Below, piece after piece: positions 9,777-17,432 of a stretch of DNA of 64,000 nucleotides; the first letter of the stretch is position 1; each line of letters begins with the position of its first letter. The notes beneath the pieces are model-generated. The model saw nothing but the letters and a program-made list of their open reading frames with translations. It had not been told where the DNA came from and did no database searches. The translations under genes and the position numbers were made by a program. This DNA comes from a virus, in IMG/VR virus record IMGVR_UViG_3300005747_000012, positions 1 to 64,000 of that record. One strand, written 5' to 3'.

Positions 9777-9939
9777 AATAGGCACGGTGCAAAAACCGTG
9801 CCAAATCCACATACCTTATTCCACATAGTATACACGAATAATTCCACATACACAAGAGGAAAAATAAATTAAAAAAACTTGTTGACATATTGGGTTAATT
9901 GATTTAATATAATATTAACAAAGCATTAAGGAGGAAACA

Positions 9940-10257
9940 ATGCGAAACACACAAAACCTAGCAGACTTCGGCTATAGAGAAAGAGAAGAAGCGGCAAAGC
10001 TATTGTCATCACTTGGAACGTCAAAGGATAAAACTAAATATTTTGGCGACAGAGGTGTAGCGGTGGAATTTAACCCATATAGCACTTACGTTTTTTTAGT
10101 TGATGAGGATTACAATGTTGCTATGCTAAATGTTGACGATGAACTAGAGGACTTTCACACTTGCCCTAATTGTGGCGGTGAGGGACTAGCCTCAGACTTT
10201 AGGGAAGACAACACGGACGAATGTTGTCATGAATATGCAGACGAATTAAATATTTAG
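9940..10257 (+). CDS. Hypothetical early protein with CxxC
   Basis: Promoter, AGGAGG RBS and downstream hairpin. Confidence 0.75.
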   Translation: MRNTQNLADFGYREREEAAKLLSSLGTSKDKTKYFGDRGVAVEFNPYSTYVFLVDEDYNVAMLNVDDELEDFHTCPNCGGEGLASDFREDNTDECCHEYADELNI

Positions 10258-10622
10258 GGGAGTTGTTAACCCCTAAACTCCTTGGTTAGTATTGGTTGGG
10301 TTGGCACGGATATTGCATCTGTGCCAACTTTTTCTGGCATCTAAGAGTTACCATAAATCACACACTTTGTCAACATAAAAAATAAATTATTTTTTTATTT
10401 GACAGTGTAAGTTTTGTCATGTATACTCGGGCCTTTCCCCTGCAAAAACTGTGCCAACATTTTCTCAGCATCACCTTATAGTATATAGTACAAAACAAAC
10501 ATACACAAGAAAAATCGTAAAAAAATCTTTTTTTATTTTTACTCTCTTTTCAAGCACTTAGGGATTTGACAATATTCTCAAAAAATGCAATAATGACTTA
10601 ACACTTAACAAGGAGAAAACAA

Positions 10623-10838
10623 ATGAACACAAACGAAAAATTGGAAATCTTCAGAAAACTTTACTGCCTTGGTCTTTCAGACATTGAAAAGGTGTTTGAG
10701 GGTTCAGGGTTGGAGGAACACCTCTCTAGCACTTACATGAGAAGTCGTGACGAACATGGCTTTTATGGCAACTTTCACTTTCTCTTTCAGCTTGACTTAG
10801 AAAACGCTGAAAAACTCCTGAAGAGGATAGGGCTGTAA
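10623..10838 (+). CDS. Hypothetical early protein
   Basis: Promoter, AAGGAG RBS and terminator hairpin. Confidence 0.75.
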   Translation: MNTNEKLEIFRKLYCLGLSDIEKVFEGSGLEEHLSSTYMRSRDEHGFYGNFHFLFQLDLENAEKLLKRIGL

Positions 10839-11015
10839 AGCCCTACCTCAAAAACCATGCCAAGAAATGTCTCCCTCTTGGCATGGTTTTAACAGCATAT
10901 AAGTATACATTAAAAAACATAAAAGCACAATCCCAAAAATAAATTAATTATTTTCTTGCGTTATTAGTTGAGATATGCAATAATTTTATATAATCCAATC
11001 AAACGGAGGAAAAAA

Positions 11016-11201
11016 ATGCAAAGATTAAGAATAAAAATTGAAAAAGAAAACGGTGAATTTTTAGATGAAATTATGGTTTATGATGAAACTACTTTGACAG
11101 AAGATGAAGCCGAAAATTTAGACTTTGACCCTGATGCTGTTGAAATTTCAGAAGTCGATTACTGGATTAAAAAAGCGTTTAAAATAATGGAGGAACTTTA
11201 A
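11016..11201 (+). CDS. Highly acidic small early protein (possible DNA mimic)
   Basis: Start reassigned to 11016 (GGAGG RBS); strongly D/E-rich. Confidence 0.7.
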   Translation: MQRLRIKIEKENGEFLDEIMVYDETTLTEDEAENLDFDPDAVEISEVDYWIKKAFKIMEEL

Positions 11202-11202
11202 A

Positions 11203-11427
11203 ATGCACTTAAAACTACACTATGACGGTACTAAACTGTATTCTTATGAATGGTCTAGGGTGATACCTCTTTATAGATTGCATTATTATGTCAGAGAAGA
11301 GGGATATACTTTTGAAGTGGTAAACAAAAAAGGTAAAGACTTAACTAAAAAATATTTATGCAAACTTGCCTCAATGCAATTAGAAAATTATTCTTCAGAT
11401 GATCTTTATTTTATGATAAAAAAATAA
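11203..11427 (+). CDS. Hypothetical early protein
   Basis: GGAGG RBS; KLYSY...YVREEG.TFEVVNKKGKDLT faintly recalls PhaR N-terminal DNA-binding domains. Confidence 0.6.
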   Translation: MHLKLHYDGTKLYSYEWSRVIPLYRLHYYVREEGYTFEVVNKKGKDLTKKYLCKLASMQLENYSSDDLYFMIKK

Positions 11428-11573
11428 GGGGAATTTTTCCCTACATTTTAGTATACAGCATAAAACACTAAAGCACAAGAAGAAAAAAAAGTTTTTTTAT
11501 ATGTCGATTTTTCTTGTGTTTTATTGCGTTATGCTTTAAAATAGTATTAACAGATTAACCAACGGAGGATAAA

Positions 11574-11819
11574 ATGAGACAAATGAAAAACAAATCTTAC
11601 GGAACTGTTGTAAACGTGAAAGAGCTGGCCATCACTAGAAATTTTTGGGAATACTTCATTACAGATGAGGCTTTCACCGATGATATCGTGTGTGCGGTAG
11701 TTTCAGGCTTTGAATGTGAGATGGGCGATATCAGCCTCTCAGAAATTAAGCCTCACGTTATCACAAGGACAAGCGACCTAATGGAAGCTATGCCTGCACC
11801 CGGATGGGAATGGGTGTAA
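11574..11819 (+). CDS. DUF2958-like protein
   Basis: YFITD...VVSGFECEMGDISLSEI pattern; GGAGG RBS. Confidence 0.65.
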   Translation: MRQMKNKSYGTVVNVKELAITRNFWEYFITDEAFTDDIVCAVVSGFECEMGDISLSEIKPHVITRTSDLMEAMPAPGWEWV

Positions 11820-11959
11820 CCCAAGGGCCGAAAGGCCCTATCTTATAGTATACACAAAGAAAAACACGCCGTCAACCATTTTATTAATTTATTTTTTGTT
11901 GTTGACAGAATTTTATCTTTCGTATTATAATATCATTAACACTAACCATAGGAGGAAAT

Positions 11960-12619
11960 ATGGAAAAGATATTAGGTCAAGAACAATACGGTGCTATCAT
12001 TATGGCAGAGATGAAAGGCAATAAAATAGAATCTATCTCATCTGGCTATATTGAACACTCAGACAACACTTATGACGGTAACACTTACTTATCGAAAAGC
12101 TCATGGGGCGGTACTTACACCGACTTTCAAGGGAACAAGTTTGAAAGAGGCATGGAACTCCCTGAAGACTTCACGCCTGCCTTCCAAGACGAGGGAGCAG
12201 AACAGATTATGCTCGAAGAAGACTATTATCACGCTGAAGGTCATCACTGTGAAAAGTGCGGTACTTTTCACGACACAGAACAATATTATGACGTATCATT
12301 CGTAATTACAGAACACGGTGGTTTCTACTGTAAAACTTGTGTGCCTGCTGAAGAGCTTCTAGTTGAGGTCACTGAAAGTGAGGATATTTTTAGAAGTAAA
12401 GACATGGTGGGAACTGAAGTCCCAGAGAACTTTGAAGAGGTCGAAACACTTTTCTGTGATTCATCGGGGTTTGGCAGCACAACAGAAAGAGCATTGACCA
12501 AAGAGCAAGCAATAAGACGCACGGAAGAGCTTATAGACGAGCATGGAACGCTTTATTCAGGACTGACAGGGATAGGTCAGTTTCAAGTGTATGTGACACT
12601 TTACAGGGAAGTAGAGTAA
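11960..12619 (+). CDS. Acidic early protein with two CxxC-type Zn pairs
   Basis: HCEKC and YCKTC; promoter, RBS and terminator at 12626-12649. Confidence 0.75.
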   Translation: MEKILGQEQYGAIIMAEMKGNKIESISSGYIEHSDNTYDGNTYLSKSSWGGTYTDFQGNKFERGMELPEDFTPAFQDEGAEQIMLEEDYYHAEGHHCEKCGTFHDTEQYYDVSFVITEHGGFYCKTCVPAEELLVEVTESEDIFRSKDMVGTEVPENFEEVETLFCDSSGFGSTTERALTKEQAIRRTEELIDEHGTLYSGLTGIGQFQVYVTLYREVE

Positions 12620-12625
12620 AACAAT

Positions 12626-12649
12626 AGGGGCGAAAGCCCCTTTTTTTTT
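12626..12649 (+). terminator. Rho-independent terminator
   Basis: AGGGGC-GAAA-GCCCCT followed by a long T-run. Confidence 0.9.
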
Positions 12650-12776
12650 ATTGACAATAAAAAATCCACATGATATACTCACCAAGTCCACATACATTGG
12701 CACGAACTTTGCATACAAAATAGTTGTTGACAATATAATCCACATATTATATTATAATATTAACAACGGAGGATAT

Positions 12777-13055
12777 ATGATTTATTTAATGCAAATCATG
12801 AATATGTTAAACAAAAAAGAAAGGACGGACTTAATCCACATACTAGAAGACTTATCTTTTGAACTAGAAGAAATGGGTTGGAACAGCGATCCAGAAGGAT
12901 TAATTAGCGATATTTTATTTAACCATTTTGGGTTTGAAATGGAAGACCCTAAACAATTGACTTGGTTGACTGATTGGGTGTTAGAAAAACAGAACTCTCC
13001 TCAATCTTTTAAAGCATTACTCACAACAGTCAACCTACAAAAAGGAGAGGCGTAA
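12777..13055 (+). CDS. Hypothetical early protein
   Basis: Start reassigned to 12777 (GGAGG RBS); the longer ORF runs through promoters. Confidence 0.7.
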   Translation: MIYLMQIMNMLNKKERTDLIHILEDLSFELEEMGWNSDPEGLISDILFNHFGFEMEDPKQLTWLTDWVLEKQNSPQSFKALLTTVNLQKGEA

Positions 13056-13131
13056 GCCTCTTTTTTTATTTTTTTTAAAAAAACTGTGCTATACTCATGG
13101 GCAAAAAGAAAGGGGCGATTGCCCCCTTGGT

Positions 13132-13344
13132 TTAGCGGTATTCGGCGTTGAGTACAACTCTATCGCCTACTAGGGTGAACACAGCAGGTCGCTGATTGGT
13201 TGGTTGGGAAAACTCAGCAAGAATTTTATAGGTTTGTGACCTAGACTTGCCAATGGCTTGCACCACTTCTTTTTTGTGAAGTATCTGATGCGGTGTATTT
13301 CTAAGTAATACAATAATGTTCAAAATAGTATCAGTTTTTGTCAT
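13132..13344 (-). CDS. Small winged-HTH DNA-binding protein
   Basis: ILNIIVLL...KKEVVQAIGKSRSQTYKILAEF; own TTGACT promoter near 13385, AGGAGG RBS and hairpin at 13110-13127. Confidence 0.7.
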   Translation of the reverse strand: MTKTDTILNIIVLLRNTPHQILHKKEVVQAIGKSRSQTYKILAEFSQPTNQRPAVFTLVGDRVVLNAEYR

Positions 13345-13566
13345 GTTACCTCCTAATAAAATTATCTCATATCTTGAGAATTAAGTCAACAACAATCGAC
13401 ACACAAAAAAACTTTTTTTTAATATTGTGCTTTCTATTTTTGTATGATATACTCGCAGAGTGTGGTAAAAACTTGGCATGAATCTTGCATAAAAAAGTTT
13501 AAATAAGGAATTGACAGTTATCGTCAAAAATGCAATAATGGGGTAACACTAACAAACGAGGATAAT

Positions 13567-13758
13567 GTGTCAATTTTTACAAATAAACAAAATTTTGCCG
13601 ATAGACCCGAAATTATGAGAATTTTAGAGGCATTAGAAGTAGCTCATGCTAAACAAGATGAATTGAGCGCATCTATCCTATTAACTAGACTTTCTCAATA
13701 TAATATCAAATTAGAGGCAGAAAGTTCTTGTAATAAAGTTGAAAATGCACTACAATAA
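13567..13758 (+). CDS. Hypothetical early protein
   Basis: Promoter at 13511, GAGG RBS, GTG start. Confidence 0.65.
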   Translation: MSIFTNKQNFADRPEIMRILEALEVAHAKQDELSASILLTRLSQYNIKLEAESSCNKVENALQ

Positions 13759-13774
13759 TAAAAACGGAGGAAAA

Positions 13775-13984
13775 ATGGAAAAGAGAGAAAAGCTAGAAAT
13801 TAACAACCAAACTGAAGTATTTTTTGAGGCAGTATTTGAACGTGATGGTTATGCTGATAAAATTGTCATTGAGGACAGCATTGGTAAGCTACAAATTGCG
13901 GTCAATGTGTGGACAAAATGCGGTCAATGGAAACTAAAATCAGCCGATAAGGTTGAGAGAACAATAGCTAGATTAATAGCTTAA
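13775..13984 (+). CDS. Hypothetical early protein
   Basis: GGAGG RBS; start reassigned to 13775. Confidence 0.65.
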   Translation: MEKREKLEINNQTEVFFEAVFERDGYADKIVIEDSIGKLQIAVNVWTKCGQWKLKSADKVERTIARLIA

Positions 13985-13995
13985 ATGGAGGAAAT

Positions 13996-14172
13996 ATGGA
14001 CGTATACGAAAAAAATGGATATGATAACAGAAAACATTATCTCAATTGTTTAGCCGAGGATTTTGGAATAGAAAAATCAGTGGTTTACGAAATGGCATCT
14101 ATTCTAGGTCAAAATGAGGATTTTGACGGGCTAGTAACGACAGTTGAGGATTATGTAGACGGTTATCTATAA
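13996..14172 (+). CDS. 58-aa acidic conserved phage protein (not in the ORF track)
   Basis: MDVYEKNGYDNRKHYLNCLAEDFGIEKSVVYEMASILGQNEDFDGLVTTVEDYVDGYL; GGAGG RBS. Confidence 0.75.
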   Translation: MDVYEKNGYDNRKHYLNCLAEDFGIEKSVVYEMASILGQNEDFDGLVTTVEDYVDGYL

Positions 14173-14344
14173 TCCTTGGTTAGTGTGTTGCAAGAACCGT
14201 GCCAACTTGGTGCGGTTCTTCTTTTTGAGAGAAGTATACGCCACAAATCCATATAGCACAACCATTATTTTAATTTATTTTTTGTTGTTGACAGCTATCG
14301 CCAAAAATGCAATAATGACTTAACACTAACATATTGGAGGAAAT

Positions 14345-14689
14345 ATGAATTTAGTAAACAGACCATCAGTAGGTGAAACAAACGGACTCTTAGACGGTCA
14401 CAAATACCACAGTGAGTTCACAGCAAATATACAGCGTCAAGTACCTTGGACAGCCGAGGGACTAAAAATAACACGCCTGAGACTACTCTCAGACCACGGC
14501 TTTCCATTTTGGGAGGTTAGTTATTGTCATGGCGTATTAAATGGCGAACCTGTAGAGGTTATTTTGCCTTTTAGTGAGTTACCAAAGAAAAATAGAAATA
14601 GAGCTATCGTAAAATATGCCATTAAAGATGGCATATTTGCGAAGGGGCTAGGGATTCTCTCCCCCCTAGTCCAAAGTACCCTCTGTTAG
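14345..14689 (+). CDS. Hypothetical early protein
   Basis: Promoter at 14288, GGAGG RBS and terminator at 14697-14733. Confidence 0.75.
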   Translation: MNLVNRPSVGETNGLLDGHKYHSEFTANIQRQVPWTAEGLKITRLRLLSDHGFPFWEVSYCHGVLNGEPVEVILPFSELPKKNRNRAIVKYAIKDGIFAKGLGILSPLVQSTLC

Positions 14690-14787
14690 TGTGTTCGAGG
14701 GGCAGTAAAAAAAATGCTGCCCCTCATTTTTTTATTTGACACGACAGCCGACCCGTGCAATAATGGTATTAACGAAACGGAGGAAAT

Positions 14788-14940
14788 ATGGAAACACTAA
14801 TCGAAAAAATCAACGAACTAGAAATTAAAGCAAAGGTCTACTCTGACAACTATGGCCCTAATTCTGACGAGGTAAAGGCAATTGACCAACAAATTGCTAA
14901 AATTAACCTAGAAATACTTGACATCATGTGTCCCGAATAA
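14788..14940 (+). CDS. 50-aa coiled-coil early protein (not in the ORF track)
   Basis: METLIEKINELEIKAKVY...; promoter at 14736, GGAGG RBS and terminator. Confidence 0.7.
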   Translation: METLIEKINELEIKAKVYSDNYGPNSDEVKAIDQQIAKINLEILDIMCPE

Positions 14941-15138
14941 GGGACACTTTTTTTCTTGTGTTTTTTGCTTTTGTCGTGTATACTCTCCCAATGTGGAGAG
15001 TTGACAGGGGAGCGTAAGCTCTTGTTTTAAGTAGTATATCACACAAAACGTGCAAGCACCAGAGGAAAAATAAAATAAAAAAACCTATTGACAGCGTTGC
15101 CACTATATGAGACAGTGGTAACAGCTAATGGAGGAAAT

Positions 15139-15291
15139 ATGAATAAAATGGAAAAGCGATTTTTAATTAATTTGATCAACCACGAAATAGGAAAATTAAG
15201 ACTAAAAATACCATATTGCGACAAGCTTAAACCAATACAAGAGCGTTTGTATTGGCTTGAAAAAGTTAAGAGAAAAATTAAAAAGGTGTAA
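15139..15291 (+). CDS. Small basic early protein
   Basis: Start reassigned to 15139 (GGAGG RBS). Confidence 0.6.
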   Translation: MNKMEKRFLINLINHEIGKLRLKIPYCDKLKPIQERLYWLEKVKRKIKKV

Positions 15292-15293
15292 CA

Positions 15294-15515
15294 ATGAGTA
15301 ATATAGCAATTGTGCAAACAGAAAGATTTTACTATGAATTAAAAACAAGAGATCAGGCTTGGGATTATGGTATAGATTTCAAAGATGAATATGATCAAAA
15401 ATATAATATGATTGATATTCCTGCGGATATAATTAACCAATATTTTAAGAACAAAAGAGAGTTCGACAAGTTACAAGAATATCTTAGTCAAATGTTTGAT
15501 AAACTTCCTAGATAA
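15294..15515 (+). CDS. Hypothetical early protein
   Basis: Follows the previous gene directly; AAGGT RBS. Confidence 0.65.
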   Translation: MSNIAIVQTERFYYELKTRDQAWDYGIDFKDEYDQKYNMIDIPADIINQYFKNKREFDKLQEYLSQMFDKLPR

Positions 15516-15543
15516 TGTTACTATATAAACTAATGGAGGAAAT

Positions 15544-15843
15544 ATGAAGACATTTTTAGTTGTAGCACAATATGAAGAAAATTACGGGGCACATTCTTGG
15601 GGTGGTCAAGGCGAATGCCCTCAGTATTGGAAGATGAAGGGCAGTGATGATTTTATCGTGACCGCCAAGGACAAATATGTTGCGGTTGAAATGGTCAAGC
15701 CGCACCTGTATGACAGCGATTATGCCAAGTCTTATATCGTTCACATGGAAGAGGTAGGGTCAGGCTACCAGACAGAATTTGAACGCTCACAGCTTAAATA
15801 TGAGGGCGAGATAACCTATCCAGCAAAACGACTTGGGGTGTAA
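15544..15843 (+). CDS. Conserved phage protein (ENYGAH..G.GECPQYWK.KG family)
   Basis: Recognisable motif QYEENYGAHSWGGQGECPQYWKMKG; GGAGG RBS. Confidence 0.75.
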   Translation: MKTFLVVAQYEENYGAHSWGGQGECPQYWKMKGSDDFIVTAKDKYVAVEMVKPHLYDSDYAKSYIVHMEEVGSGYQTEFERSQLKYEGEITYPAKRLGV

Positions 15844-16056
15844 AAACCCCTTGTGCTTTTTGCTTTTGTCGTGTATACTACTCAACCCTGACACAATATC
15901 AGATAGTTGGCACAACTATCTTCCCTAGTATACACCAAAAACCTTACGCCTTAAAGAAAATAATGAAAAAACTTTTTTAACTAAAGTGCATTATTTTGTT
16001 GACTCAAAATTCGAGATGCTTTATAATTTCATTAACACTAACACGGAGATAAAAAA

Positions 16057-16347
16057 ATGCTAACAGTAAACGGACACACTTTGAACATTGAGAGACATTT
16101 TTACATGGACGAACTTGAAGAGACTTACTTCGAGGTTAAAAAACCTTGTGGCAACTATTGTCACATGGATTGGTCAGGTTGGGGCGCACAGCCGACTTCT
16201 GAGGACTTTGCACTATGGATTGAACTTGGATATCCAGACAGGCATCACGCTGCCTTAGAAGCTAAAAGAGAGGCTACAGGCATCAAGGTTTACTCGCCGC
16301 TTGATAGCAAAGATTTACAAACAATTAAAGAGTACGAGGGGCGATAA
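16057..16347 (+). CDS. Hypothetical early protein
   Basis: Promoter at 15999, GGAG RBS and terminator hairpin. Confidence 0.7.
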   Translation: MLTVNGHTLNIERHFYMDELEETYFEVKKPCGNYCHMDWSGWGAQPTSEDFALWIELGYPDRHHAALEAKREATGIKVYSPLDSKDLQTIKEYEGR

Positions 16348-16454
16348 GCCCCTGATATCAGGGCAAAAACGAAGATAGTTTAAAATAACTATTGTAATCC
16401 ACTGGCAGTGTGTTATTATAATATTACAGAAACACACAAACAAAGGGAAACAAA

Positions 16455-16631
16455 ATGAATGAGAGAACAGAAAAATTAATCGCTGAAAACGTACAAATGG
16501 AAGTCGCTTTAAAAATTATCAACAACTATCTTAATACCGATGCAAGCGATAAAATTAAACTCAAGCTCGTAACAAAGGAACTTGAGGAGATTCAAGAAAA
16601 GATAGGAAGAAAGTTTTTAGAGAGGGCTTAA
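16455..16631 (+). CDS. 58-aa helical early protein (not in the ORF track)
   Basis: MNERTEKLIAENVQMEV...; upstream TATAAT promoter; stop codon lies in a hairpin loop. Confidence 0.65.
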   Translation: MNERTEKLIAENVQMEVALKIINNYLNTDASDKIKLKLVTKELEEIQEKIGRKFLERA

Positions 16632-17122
16632 CAGCCCCCTCTAAGGAGGTTAATAACATGGTACAACTATTTTTTAAACTTTTAATTATTCTTTACATGG
16701 TATCAATGATTCAGGAGGGTTTTCTATGAGCAAGTCAACTGCTATCTTTTTATTTACGATCGGCTATTTAATTTATATTGGTTACGTTGCCACGCAAGTA
16801 TCTGAAAGGATTAATAAAATAAAAACAATAACCATAACTAATAAACAATAACAATTATATATAATACTAATATATATAATTATATATAGGCGTAGGAACT
16901 GGCTCACCGCCCCACCGTTCAGCACCACTGGACATCGTAGCAAAAAAATACCGCCAACAATTCTTGTCAGTTCCTATGCCTCATATTGTTGGCACTCACT
17001 CCTGCCACAAAAAGTTGGCACTTTTTCTACTGACCATTCTTTAGACAGGTGTATAATTTTTTGACAGTATTTTTTTTAATTATGTTGTTGACAGTGCAGA
17101 GTTCTATCTATATACTGTAGGA

Positions 17123-17169
17123 TAAAGCCAAAACCAAAAGCCAAAACCAAAAGCCAAAACCAAAAGCCA
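17123..17169. repeat. Tandem 13-bp repeat AAAAGCCAAAACC (about 3.5 copies)
   Basis: Read directly from the sequence. Confidence 0.9.
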
Positions 17170-17349
17170 TATGGCATATATATTGCATATACAATACTGA
17201 TACCACACAGGGGGGAGGGGTATGCAAGAAACATGCCAAAACCGGGGTTTAGGAGTCCCTGATTTGAGATTGGATACCTATGCCCGAAATACAGCGAGGA
17301 TCATTTTTAACTTTTTCAAATACCCCCCACCCCTTTTTTTAAGTAGTTA

Positions 17350-17420
17350 GGGTCCCATATATAGGGGGTGGGTCCCTTTTTTATTTTTTAGGGTCCCATA
17401 TTGGGTCCCATACGGGTCCC
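17350..17420. repeat. Five GGGTCCC quasi-palindromes
   Basis: Copies at 17350, 17370, 17391, 17403 and 17414. Confidence 0.9.
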
Positions 17421-17432
17421 TTTTAGAATATT

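Larger units (their letters stand above)
8490..16025 (+). promoter_or_regulatory. Series of strong sigma70 early promoters, each driving a small gene
   Basis: TTGACA/TTGACT with TAATAT, AATAAT or TATAAT and upstream A/T tracts at about 8490, 9882, 10567, 11902, 12727, 13511, 14288, 14736 and 15999; each is followed by a leader (often AACACTAAC-like) and a GGAG(G)-type RBS. Confidence 0.8.
8259..17116. promoter_or_regulatory. About 19 sigma70-type promoters (mostly TTGACN or TTGTGY, N17, TATACT) not directly followed by an RBS and ORF
   Basis: Forward, by -35 start: 8259, 8312, 9084, 10399, 12651, 13425, 14956, 15851, 17088. Reverse, by AGTATA start: 8404, 9051, 9827, 10480, 10902, 11450, 11847, 14233, 15033, 15927 (the last two have weaker -35 boxes). 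Confidence 0.8.
8013..17238. promoter_or_regulatory. Dispersed array of 15 sigma54 (RpoN) -24/-12 consensus boxes, TGGCAYR-N4-TTGCA
   Basis: 16-bp boxes start at 8013(-), 8065(-), 8088(+), 8232(-), 8356(-), 8962(-), 9124(+), 9788(-), 10302(+), 10441(-), 12698(+), 13474(+), 14189(-), 17172(+) and 17223(-); all are intergenic and have exact GG-N10-GC spacing. Confidence 0.85.

Noticed and set aside
8013-17238. CRISPR array interpretation of the TGGCA..TTGCA repeats
   Set aside because: The copies are 16 bp with a variable core, occur in both orientations, are irregularly spaced and are separated by genes; no cas genes are present
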